DNA from: Folioceros fuciformis
Lineage: Eukaryota
Assembly (NCBI GenBank): GCA_049999805.1
Contig: JBNGIO010004124.1
Span: forward strand, 1-48,596
Length of the DNA stretch: 48,596 nt
Direction: 5' to 3'
The notes below the pieces were generated by a model. It was not told the origin of the DNA. It searched no databases and was given only the letters and a program-made list of their open reading frames with translations. The translations under genes were made by a program, and so were the position numbers. The stretch's first letter is position 1; each line of letters begins with the position of its first letter. Positions 35,014-46,600 of the stretch are shown one piece after another.

Positions 35014-37236
35014 CTAGCGCGCACGGCAATTGGCTTCACTTGAGATTGGCCTCTTCTCAACTGGTATGTACGCAAAAGCTCTCGAGCCAAAGACGTGAAG
35101 ATGCATGATACTTGGTTTTCTCTTCCAGAATATCTCGAAAGGCGTGCTACTAGGAACCGACTGTGATGTGAGCTTGTTGAGTATATACATAGCTGTCACT
35201 ATTGCTTCTGTCTAGTATGGAGAAGGTAATCCTGACCACAAGAGCATTGACCTCGTCATTCCCATCAATGTTTGATTCTTTCATTCTGCCACCCCGTTTT
35301 GCTGCTGGGTATATGGAACGATAAGTTGATGAATAATGCCTTGGCTGGTTAGGAACTCCGTGAAGTCATGGTTGACAAATTCACCACCATTGTTAGTCCT
35401 AAAGAGCTTTAGCAAATGACCAGTTTGACGTTGCACCATGATCAACCAATCCTTGAAGATAGGGAATGTATCATTCTTATGGTGCATCGGGTATGTCCAC
35501 GTATACCGGCTATAGTCATCAGTTAAAGTCAGAAAGAAGGCTGCACCTCCGAGTGACTGAATTTGTAGCCTGCCTGATATGTTTGAGTGCACAAGGTCGA
35601 GGACTGATGTTGACCTATGAGCAGGAGCCCTTGGAAAAGGAGTCTCTCGTTGCTTTGCAAGGGTGCAAACTTCACAAATAGGCAGCTCCTTGAAACAACG
35701 TGGGAGAGGCTCACAATAGTAATGCTGCCTAGAGGCATCAATCAATTTAGTTCTATTAGCATGGCCTAGGTGTGCATGCCACAGCCTGGCCTACTGGACA
35801 GCTGTTAGGCTGCCAACTATGGTGGAACATGCTTGCTGTCGTCGGAGGCAAAAAATGTCAAGACGGTACAATTTGGAATCTATGAAAGCTTTGAAGATAC
35901 ATATGGCTGGGGCACTATGTCTAGAGAAACAACAAGCGTCTTCTGAGACGGTAAGAACTGAATCCTTCATTTTCATCAATCTGCTAAGTGACATTAAATT
36001 CTGAGCCATCTTAGGTACATACAAGACGTATGGGAGGACTAACATGCTATCATCGTGTAAGGGAAATTTACAGACTCCTCTACCAAGGATCTGAAGACTA
36101 CTCCCTACACTCTCATCACCCAAGTATACTTTTTCAGCAACGGCTGATAGTGTTAAACTGGTAAAGAGAGATTCATCCCCACAGATATAGGCTATTGCCC
36201 CTGAGTCCAAAAACCAACAATCCACCTCACTCGTTAAAGTGTTAAGACAAACAATAAGGATCGTTACTACTGGCTTGCCTGAATTTGTGGATGTTGTTAA
36301 GGACTGTCTGTCCTGACTACATTTTTGTGTGGTTGTATGTGTAGAGGGTCGAGAAGAAGCCCGTTGAGGCTCGCCGGCTTTCTTTTTCCAGCATTCCCGT
36401 GCCCAATGCCCTGGAGTGCTACACAAATTGCATGTACCTTGTCGTTTCTGAGCAGAGGAAGATGAACCAATGTTGCCAGGTGTGTATGAACCATGGCCAG
36501 CACGTTGATTCGGATTTATCCCCCTTCCTCTACCTCTGCCTCTAGTTGCTAAGAAAACTTTGTCGGTTTTCTGTTGCTTTTGCTGCCCTCTCATAAGTCA
36601 TGTTTGTTCTTCTTGGTATAGGGCTCCCACCACAGCCTCCAGCAAACGAGTTGGAGCACCAGCTAGTAGGGACTGGCCAAGAAGAGCAATGGGCATATTC
36701 TGAGTGGTGACAAAAGTTTGATAGCTTGTAGGAAGGCTGACTAGAAATTGTGCCACTACATCAGCCTCAGTCATAGGACTCCCAAGTGTGTTGAATTGGG
36801 ATCGCAAGCATCGAAACTTGCTAATATGATGTGACACAGACTCACCATCTCTCATTCGCAGGCTGTAGAGTTCAAGGCAAACTGCACAAAGGGTCATCAT
36901 ATTCTGAACCTTGTAAGTGTTTGACAATTGGTATCATATATCCTTGGCATTAACCAAGTATTTAGTTTTAGGAATGAGGTCAGCATCCAAGCCGTTAACC
37001 AAGAGAGCAATGGCAATGCTATTGAAGCCATCCCAATTATCCTTGTCGGCTTGAGTGACAGTTGTAGGAACTCCTGTTGCACCAGGTACATCAGGATCCT
37101 TGTAGGAGCCATCAACAATAGTCCAAACGCCACGAGCGACCAAGGTAGTCTTCATGCGAACCTTCCAGATGTCAAATCTCGTTCCATTAAAGCAGTCTTT
37201 GTTCTTTACGTCAAATGTAAATGAGGGAGTTGACAT
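35014..37236 (-). mobile_element. Ty1/copia retrotransposon remnant: gag, CCHC knuckle, protease, GAG-pre-integrase and integrase; truncated before RT
   Basis: FNGTRFDIWKVRMK, CNLCSTPGHWAREC, WFLDSGA, LWHAHLGH, CEVC, DDYSRYTW, PYTQQQNGVAE and TPFEIFWKRKPSIMHLHVFGS, with in-frame stops. Confidence 0.92.
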
Positions 37237-38288
37237 GGTGAAATGCAGGATGTTAAGTGCACAAAAGCGCTGTAGAACTGCTACAAGGAAAAGTGTTCAC
37301 AAATAGCTACAGGGGAATGTCAACTGACAAGGAGGTATGTAGGACCATGTATGTGATGGTTCACATCTAAAATAACTGTCTAAAACCGTTGTGAAAAGTG
37401 CCCTAAAAAACTAATTAGGAAAACTGACCTAAGTTTGGAAACGTGCCCTAAAATGTAATGAGGATGTTCTGGTGATGTTCAAGTGGCAGGGAAAATAACT
37501 GTTGAACTATGGATTGGCGGCAAAGATGAAATTGGATGAGTTGCACATAGAACGCATCTGATCCGATAGCACAATCACCCAATTCATTGCTCCAGTATGA
37601 TAGAAGTGGATGCCAAATTACTGCGCAGCACTCCAGTGGTGCCCTCCACATGCAGCGGAATTCAAAGAACAGGATCTGCAGGGCTCTGCTCTGATTGACC
37701 CAATTTCTGTATCAACTTCACATCAGAATACTATAGAAATAATTGGATCAGATTCTGAGTAGCCAACACACCATTGCTGATGTCCTTGCTACATTGATCC
37801 ATTCCATGATGCATTCTCTTCTCCATGTCATGTAAAGCTGTGAGAAATAGGTCTTGTCTTGCAATCAAATGAAAGATGCAAATGTCAAGTCTGCCATAAT
37901 GGTAATTGATCAATTTTGACAGTGAGTCATCTGAATCTGGAACATCATCATCATTCTTCTCACCTGAAATCGCGTCATCTAAATTTAGGATCTTTTCCTT
38001 CAATTTAGAATTTTGCAAATTTTGATCAAAATAATAGTGTGATGATTCCCCTTTGCAATCTCTCAGTTGATTACATACTGTCCTCATTCTTGTGTTTCCC
38101 TGTTCCAATGCACACGGATTTGGGTGTGATACTCATCAAAGTATTGATTCCATGGCCCGTCACACATTGGGGGAATCCACTGCACTCCTCTACAGTTGCG
38201 TGGAAATACTTCACGCGATGGAGGTAGTGCATGCGATTCCTTCCTGCTAGGCATTGGACAAGAACCAAGAATCAGTAGATGGCATCAT

Positions 38289-38492
38289 ACTATGATACCA
38301 TGATCCAATCCGTAGAGCATCAGTAGCTTGATAGTAATGTGTGCTTGCGGATAGGTGGAATAGAAGAAAATGGATAATCAACTGAATAAACATGAAGAGC
38401 AAAGAGTACTTATAGTACAATGTATTTAACCTAAATTAACTAGGCATATTTAACCTAAGATGGTTATGTATTCAACATACCTCACCCTCACA
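38289..38492 (-). mobile_element. Putative short LTR (38301-38492, TG...CA) with adjacent tRNA-iMet-like PBS (38289-38300)
   Basis: The minus strand reads TG...GGATCA|TGGTATCATAGT, a 10/12 match to the canonical TGGTATCAGAGC. The segment begins exactly where the copia RT frame breaks off. Confidence 0.5.
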
Positions 38493-39466
38493 TCTAGGTA
38501 CTACGTAGCCTTTGGGTTGCTCCATGTAGATTTCTTCGTTCAGATCTCCTTTTAGAAAAGCAGTTTAAACATCCATATGATATATCTCCATATCCAAAGT
38601 AGCAGCGATAGCAAGGAGTGCTCGGATAGAGGCTATTTTCGCGACAGGAGAGAAGGTATGTGTGTAGTCCACACCTGGAATCTGCGTACACCCTTTTCCC
38701 ACCAGCCTTGCCTTGTACCGCTCTATGCTGCCGTCAACCTTCCGCTTGATCTTGAAAGTCCACTTCGATCCTATGCACTTCCTTCCAGGGAGTAGGGGAG
38801 TAATAATCCACATTTTGTTGGTAATGAGGGAGTTATACTCACTGTCCACAGCTTCTCTCCATTCTTTTGCATTTGGGCCTGCGAATGCCTTTGTCAAGCA
38901 GCGGGGTTCTCCAACATCTACAAAACACACCTCCTCATTAACACATCCATTAAGAGATTCTATGAGCTTCTGTGATGGCTTTTGCAACTTGGTAGATTTT
39001 GTAATGTTGGTTGCAGTTCTGTAACTCGATAGTCTTCTTCTACTTCTTCAGTAAAATCAAGAGTTTCTCTCTCTCCCCCCTCGATGTTGCATTCTACACT
39101 TGCGGCTGGGGGTAAGACTCCAACTACGTCTTCAACCACAGTGACATCATGACTGTCTCTCCCTCCCCCCCCCTACCCTATGTCGTAAGGTTGAGAAGAG
39201 TAGACAGGCATTGGAGCGGAAATCACACCATAGTCTGCGGCAGACTCGAAGGGAGCGAGTAAGGGAGGAGATGAAGCTCCCACTCCAGTTGTAGCCTCGG
39301 CAACCTCTTGAAAAACAACATCCCTGCTAAAAATGACCTTCTTCATAGTAAGATCGTATAACCAATAACCTTTCACTACATCGGAATAGCCAAGCATGAG
39401 ACACTTCGTACCATTAGAATCCCATTTGGTCCGGCTCGCCTTTGGAACACGAGCATAGACCTCGGA
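38493..39466 (-). mobile_element. Ty1/copia fragment: post-integrase region and N-terminal reverse transcriptase
   Basis: EVYARVPKASRTKWD..GTKCLMLGYS, VIFSRDVVFQE, CIGSKWTFKIK..DGSIERYKARLVGKG, QIPGVDY..TFSPVAK, YHMDV*TAFLKGDLNEEIYMEQPKG. Confidence 0.92.
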
Positions 39467-39741
39467 CCTTGGCATTCCCAGCCAGCTATTAGCACGTCTA
39501 TGGATCCCAGGGCTTGGATGTGGCCTTGTTGGATGTACATGATGTCTTCAGGCAGTGCTGAGAATGTGGCAACTAAGGCTACCTCCGATAGCTGTGTGGG
39601 GAACGTGCTGCGGAGCTCTTGTAAGCGATGAGCAGCTATCTGCTGTGCTTCCCTGCTGCTGTCACATTATGCATAGTGCCTTGTAGGGAGGCCTGCCTTA
39701 AGCAAAGCCTTTAGGCCAGTACAAATGCCACCAAACAACTT
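39466..39741 (-). pseudogene. C5-cytosine DNA methyltransferase-like fragment (motifs I-IV)
   Basis: One frame reads KLFGGICTGLKALLKAGLPTRHYA*CDSSREAQQIAAHRLQELRSTFPTQLSEVALVATFSALPEDIMYIQQGHIQALGSIDVLIAGWECQG, with a single stop at 39667-39669. Confidence 0.75.
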
Positions 39742-42400
39742 TCGAGAAAAAGGCCGGCGGGGCTAGGATAGGCCAATCAATCACCTGAGACTTGACAACA
39801 TGCTCTTGCATGGGATCCTTGAGTCCTCGCTGCAACAGAGCTTGCCCATGCTCATAAGCATCCTGCAGCACACCCTCAACCTGTGTGGGATGGTCAGCGG
39901 CCTTGATCAGATCTGTCAATCTCCATGTGGCTGTGGTGTTGCTGGAGTAGCTGTCACAGTGCTCCTCCTCTTGCTCTGACTCTAGGTGGTCCTCATCTTG
40001 CAAATGGTTGCTGGCCAAGGGTGTTCCCTCACTCACCAGGATTGCTGTACAGGCTTGTCGCTCTACAAGTGTAGCTGTGTCAGCCTCTGACATGTCATGC
40101 AACTGAAGGGGTAAGTGTGCCACCCTTCTTCCTCCTTGCTTCCAATCTGGATGATAATACGCCTGCTCTGTCCAGTTGTCCACTCTTAAACCTAGTGAAA
40201 ACAAAAATTCTTGCCCTAATAAGACGTCATAGTTTGTGGCTGTTGTCACTAGGCATGGAAGACTCAGTGTCATGGCATCTGGAGTGCCTAGCTTGAGTGT
40301 GATATCCACAGGCTTGACAGGCGACTAGCTCAATGGCTCCTGATGCTGTCCTTATGCTCCAAGGAGAGCTCTTGAGAGCTGAACCATCAAGGTTCAGCTT
40401 GGCAGCTAATGTCTTGCCAATGATCACTAGTTGAGCACCAGTGTCGAGCAGTACAACCCTTGGGGCATACCCATTCACCGTAATATGCCCCGCATCATTG
40501 TCGACAAGTGCATTGCCGACTCTGACTGCTAGGCGATTGGTGGGTTGGATCCTAGGAGAGCTAATGGGTTGAGCAGGCTACCTTCCAGCTGCTGCAACTT
40601 CAAACATGCTTCCAGCTACTGTCTCCCTGGTGCAAGGTGAGATGCTACCAAGTACCACCCACCCATTTGGAGCTAGTGGCCAACATGATGCTCCTGAAGA
40701 CAATACAACTGCTTGCGCTGGTTGCAATTCCTTGGGCAGACGCTCATGTCCTAGCCCCATGTCTTGCAAAGAAAATAGAGGAATGCCAGTCAGTTTCTCG
40801 GATAATTGTTCCATAGTGAAGGCCCTGGGCATCAAGTAGAATGGCCCACTGGCTAACATCTGTGGTTGTGGTGGAGGCTTGTTTACTAACTGTGGCCCTC
40901 CTGCCAATGTGGAATGCTCTTGCCCTCAAACTGGGATGGCACTTCCTGGTGACAGTGGTGCAAAAGATTGGGGCATGACCGCCTTTGCTCCTCGCTGCCG
41001 AGTGACTAGCCCTACTGCTATCTCCAACACTGGTGGGTATAAATGTGTGCCCTACCCACGTCTGTGGCAACTCAGCAGTTGTCATCTCAGCCTCCATCTA
41101 GTTGGCGACACACACCTGATGTGGTGAGCCGTAATCCTCCTCCTTGTCTCTGACCAGTTCAGCAACACTGGTTGGTTTGGGTGAGGTTGCTCCACTACTG
41201 AGACTAGCTGTAAGCGCGCCCAGCTGCGAAGATAACGTTGCAACAGTGGCTTCTAGGGCAGATACCTTCTCTGCATTGGATGCAGCCTTAGCTTTGGCCT
41301 TGTCCCTTTGATGTCGGCTGCATGAGACCCCAACACTGATACCAACTTCTGTGGTAGCTGTACCTCCCGCATCGGCTGTAGTCCCTGTCCCACTGCTTGC
41401 ATTTTTCTGAGATCTTCTCTCTGGATGCTTCTGAAAACATATTGTGACCACATGTCCATTCTTGTGACAATGTGTACAATACAAGCCTTCCAGGGAGCAT
41501 TTGCAGGCTGGGCTCATATGCTCAGAACTGCCACAGTAGTTGCACAAAGAAGCAATTGTAGCTGCAGCTGCTCCAGCCTTGATAGGCTTGGCCTGTTGTG
41601 ACTTGGCCCTTGAACCTGTTGCAGTAGACCCCTTTGTGGAGAACATAGACTGGTAATGAGTAAATGCCTTGGAGTGTCGTGAAGCATATGCAGAGAAAGC
41701 GATCTCCCTGCATTCAGCTTCTTCATGTACTTGCTCCAAGGTATACCTATCACCATATTTATCCACCAACGCTATGATGAGCTGAAAATGAAAGAGTGGG
41801 TCTCCTTCCAAGGCTGTTAGGAATTTCTCCGCTCGGATGATGTTGAGCGAACGGATGCTTGTGAGGAGGTGGAGGAGGATTGAAGCCATGAGCGCGAGCA
41901 ATGGGCAGCTGGTGGTGCATCCCTCCCGAAGTAGCCTGGCTTGCCACAGGCTCTTGCTAAACATCCTGGAGTATCTCCAAAGGTGTGAATTACGGGTATG
42001 GTATGCTGATGAGTTGCTACACTCTGGCTTGAACCCTGACGAGAAGGTCAAAGGAACTGGACGATTGCTCAATCAGGTTGCAGCCAATCTCGGGGATCCA
42101 TTTCCAGTTCAAGGGGGTTACGGTGGCCTGGACAAGGGTTAGAGGCGCAGGCTGCCAAAAGAATGCATGCAGACAAAGGCGAGGGACTGGCAAATTGCCC
42201 CATCCAGATATTGGAGTGTGGTCAACCAGAGGACATAACTAACATTTGGCTGTCCGTCGACAAGCAGCATGTCTGGCTGCTCGCAGGCGGAAGGTCTCAA
42301 TACAGACATGCTGCTTGTAGACGGGGAGCCAGATGGTGGAATGTCACTTTTAGGTGCCAGGTTTACAAGGCTGCCCCTCGAGGGCACCAGACCAACAGCA
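39466..42400 (-). mobile_element. Decayed retroelement: gag with two CCHC knuckles, aspartic protease, then C5-DNA-methyltransferase-like domain; truncated downstream
   Basis: CNYCGSSEHMSPAC and CTHCHKNGHVVTIC; VVLLDTGAQ...NYDVLLGQEFL; then KLFGGICTGL...DVLIAGWECQG at 39741-39466. Confidence 0.8.
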
Positions 42401-42585
42401 ACGTGGAGGCTAAACGAACGTGAAGAGGTGGAGGCTCTGAAGGGTGCAGGATGCTCTGAAGGAAAGGGATGGAATGATCTGAGAGAAGAGGGAGGGTGTT
42501 GAGAGGCACTAACGATTTTGGTAGTCTTGAGAGGTTGGTCAATTTTGGTAAGGGTACCCAGTGGTGTCCAGGGGACACAACCCCT

Positions 42586-42740
42586 ATTAGGTCGGGGTTA
42601 GGATTAGGTCTGATTAGGTTAGGTCAGACTTAGGGTTAGATTTAGGTCAGAACTAGGTTTAGGTCAGAGTCAAGTTAGGTCAGAGTTAGGTTAGATCAGG
42701 GTTAGGGTTAGGATTAGGTCGGAGTTAGGTTTAGGGTTTT
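42586..42740 (+). repeat. Degenerate telomere-like (TTAGG/TTAGGG/TTAGGTC) array
   Basis: Dense run of ttagg variants, e.g. gggttagggttaggattaggtcggagttaggtttagggtttt. Confidence 0.8.
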
Positions 42741-43655
42741 CACGAGTGGAGGGTTCTGTCGGAGGCGTGCTGACCTAGTTAGACAGTGATAGGGGTTCCT
42801 GGCCAAGGGGGTATAAGAGGCTAGGCTTGTCATTGAGGAGGGGTCTTTTTGGTGAGAGCTCCCTTAACCTTGTGTGTAGGCTGCTGGGTTAGAAGGTTAA
42901 ACCAGTGTGCAAATGCACCTCGGCCTCAATTCCCCATGCCACTAGGGGAACGTGGCGGCTCCCAAAATTGCTGAGATCTGGGTGGCCAGATCCGCAGGGG
43001 TTGACCTTTCTTGCAAGCTGGTTGGGTGGTTGGGGTACCTTGACATCCCTAAGGGGTTTCCAAGGTGATGGGCTGCAAGGCTGTGACCCAAGGAGGCTAT
43101 CCAGCCTGGGTCTGCACATTCCTGCCTCAAGGACTGCAAGTGAGGGGCTGTTGTGTTCTAAAAGTCCAGGAGTGAAACGTGAGAGTGAAGGGCTGAAGAG
43201 TTGAAGTGCTGAAGTAGAGATTTGAAGTGCTGGAGTTTGGAGTTGTTGTGCTGAGGTGAGGAGCTTAGGTGCTGAAGTTCTCAATCAGCCGCTGAGTTGG
43301 CTGACATTAGGGCTGAGAGTGGAGGCCGAGGCCAGGGCTGGGGCCTCCTCTCAGATGCTAAGGCGGCTGATACCTGGAGCTGGGAGTGGGAGCTGAAGAT
43401 GATGCTGGAGTTCTCATTCAGTTGGAGTTGGGGTTGGTGTTGAAGACGGGGCTAAGAATGCTGATCTTTTTGTTGTAGTGTGGTTAGGTCTACGAGCCAG
43501 CTGGTAGATAGGATTAGATTAGGGCAGTGCGGGGAGATTGTAGGAAACCTTGACACTAGTTCACTCCCTTGGGAGCGAATCATAGTACTGCAACGATAAT
43601 AAGGGGGAAGTGTGGCCCCTTAGTGGTTCTTGGGTGTAAGTTCCACTCCACATTT

Positions 43656-43672
43656 TGGCATCGTTGCCGGAG
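43656..43672 (+). promoter_or_regulatory. Primer binding site, tRNA-Asp-like
   Basis: CA-TTT-TGGCATCGTTGCCGGAG resembles the Athila-type PBS TGGCGCCGTTGCCGGGG. Confidence 0.7.
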
Positions 43673-46600
43673 AGTGACATTGTTGTTAGGGTTTAGAGGG
43701 GACTAACCTAGATAGGGAGTTGGATAAGGGGATGCTGGAGGGGCTGGTGGATGCCCCGCAAAGGAGCTGAAGACTTCAACTCCAGCTGTGAAGAGGGGGC
43801 TCAAGCTCAAGCAAGGAGGCAGCAACAAGCATCGGAGCGTGGGCAAAGAGCAGTGGAAAGGGAGCTGAGGCACCATGGCAGCTCCAGCTATTGCAATGCC
43901 CACCAAGCAGCCATACCCCTTGTATGGGGAGAAGAAGGGGTATGAGAACCCGGATGAGTTTGTGGAGAGGTTTGAACAGCTGACCCTTGCTAACCAGGAA
44001 TTAGCGGAGTGCCAAGAAGAGAAGGAAGGAAGCTGAATCCACTACAGGATCGGAGGAGGAAGGGAAGAGCACTCCACATGTGGAAGGGTCAGGCCATGAG
44101 GATGGAGATAAGGGGGGACAGATCTCCGAGAGGGAAAAACTAAGGACTGAAAAGGAAGTAGCTCCAGCAAAGGAGGGGAACCTGGAATTTCCACCAGATG
44201 TGCGGGGAGAGGTCATGGACATGATCCAGGAAGAGCTGGATAAGGCAACAAAGATGGCAAGACCTGTGGCTGCAAGTGAGCCACCTAGGGAGGTGGCAGC
44301 AGTGACTAAAAGCACAGCCAGGGCTGACCAGAAGCCATTCGACTTGGCTGGGGCCATCATGGATCAGCAATTTGCTGTCACCTTTGGCCAGCTCTTGAAG
44401 GACAACCCCAAATACCGGCAGCAAGTCTGGAAGGCCTTACAGGAAGCCCAACCCAAGAAGAAGAAGAGGCTGCCTAAATCAGGGCCAAGGGTGTCAGCCC
44501 CTACGGTCAACATGGTGTCCATGGTGGACCAAGGGCCGGCCAAGTTGCAGGTGGAGATTGCGGGCTGCGTGATTAAGAGGGTTCCGCTGGACACGGGTTC
44601 AAGGGTGAATATCATGACGAAGGACACCGCTAAGAAGCTCGGGTTGGAGGTGGAGCCCACAACCAAGGTCTTGAGGCTGGCTTATATGTCCAGGGTGCAG
44701 CCGTGGGGGAGCTGAGGGGGGTGACCACAACCATAGGGACCATTCCCTACCTCCTCAATTTTGTGGTTATTCAGCACAAGGCACTGGGCTATGACATCTT
44801 GCAGGGCAGGACTGGTTGTATGGCTCAAGGTGCAGGCTATCATGGGGGAGGAAGGAAGTGGCCTTCAAACCATCGGAATGGGACCCCAAGACAAAGGAGG
44901 GCAGGATTTGCTTGAGTTGGAGCCGGGACGTCTATCTAGGTGAGACCCCCACGGAAATGGAGGTATACGTCCGTAGGAGACACATCTGAATTGGAGGAGG
45001 GGGAAGGGGAGGACAAGTTCCCCTTTTCTCAAATCTCATGGTTAGATGAAGAGGAGGACTACCGGAGGGATATTCCTTATTCCCTGAACCGGGTGGAGTG
45101 TTTTGGAATCACCCTAGACTGCACCATGGTAGGGGCTGAAGGACCAACCGTGGATGAGCAGGCTAGTGAGGTTGCTGAAGAGAAGGTCCAGGAGGGGGGT
45201 CCACGTGCCAAAGGAGGGTGTGAAAGAAGGGGAGCTGATGGAAGGGGGCTGTGACCCAAGGGCAGATGGACCTGTTGGTGATGATCCGGAGGTCACAAGG
45301 TTCGCCTCCGAGGACCTATTCAGAGAATGGGGAATGAGGGAGGAAGATCCCCGGGAGCCGGAAGAAGGGTTTGGAGTTAGCTCAGCACCGGTGGACCGTG
45401 AATGGGTGCAACCTGATGAAATCAAGGATGTGGAGGTACTACCGGGCAGGTGCTGAAGTTTGCAAAACGGCTGGATGCCACATTGGAGGAGGGCATGAAG
45501 CAACTCTTGGCTGAGTTCATCGATGTGTTTGCTTTTGAGGTGACGGACATGAAGGGAATTCCCAAAGAATGGGGGGAGCACAAGATTGACTTGGAACCAG
45601 GAGCTGTCCCTGTCCGAATTCCACAATACAAGCTAAATCCAAAGTACTCTATGAAGTAAAGGAGCAGCTGGAGCTGTACGTGAAGGCATATATGCTTTTT
45701 CCCATTGTGAACTTGGAGTGGGTGGCTCCAATGGTGGTGGTGCCCAAGAAACAGCCTGGTAAGATTCGGGTGTGCCAAGATTGGAGGAGGCTGAACAAGG
45801 CTACCAAGAAGGACCATTTTCCCTTGCCATACATTGACAACATTCTAGATTTGGTGGCTGGTCGAATGATGTACTCTAATCTGGATGGCCACTCCCGTGA
45901 CAATCAACTGTCCTTAAGGGAGAGTGGCTGGCCATTGACAGCCTTCACATCTGATTGGGGAACATATGCCTACAAGAGGAGTGCATTTGGGTTGACAGGA
46001 GCACCAGGGTCCTTTATGCGCAGCATGTACAAGATCTTCAAGGATTTCCTCCACAAGTTCCTGGAGGTGTTCACAGATGACTTCTACGTGTCTAGGGGAG
46101 TGGAACAACATCTGGAGCACCTAAGGCTATGCTTGGCCAGGTGCAGTGAGACACAGCTTTGTTTGCATTCGGAGAAGTGCTATTTTGGCATGGCTGAAGG
46201 GATTTTGCTGGGTCATAGAATTTCAGCACGAGGCATTGAAGTGAACCTGGATAAGGTGAAGGTGATTGCTGCTTTGAGGGCCCCAACCACACTTAAGGAG
46301 CTGCGTGGTTTTCTTGGAATGGTAGGGTACTGTCACCGTTTTGTGCCCAATTTTGCTAGACGGGCTGCTCCTTTGACAGGCCTATTGAGGAAGGAGCAAC
46401 CTTGGGAATGGACTGTGGAGAGGGAGGCTGCGTTTTAGGACTTGAGGACCACCCTTGTGATAGCACCCACCCTCAAGGGGCCTGATTGGGACAGGAAATT
46501 TCATGTGTACGTGGATGTGTCTGCATTTGCCATTGGGACAGTCCTAAGCCAGCGGGATGAGAAGGGGAGGGACTACCCAATCTACTATGCTGGACACCAA

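Noticed and set aside
42586-42740. True telomere or chromosome-fusion scar
   Set aside because: The array is short and highly degenerate, not a clean TTTAGGG tract, and appears to sit inside an LTR.
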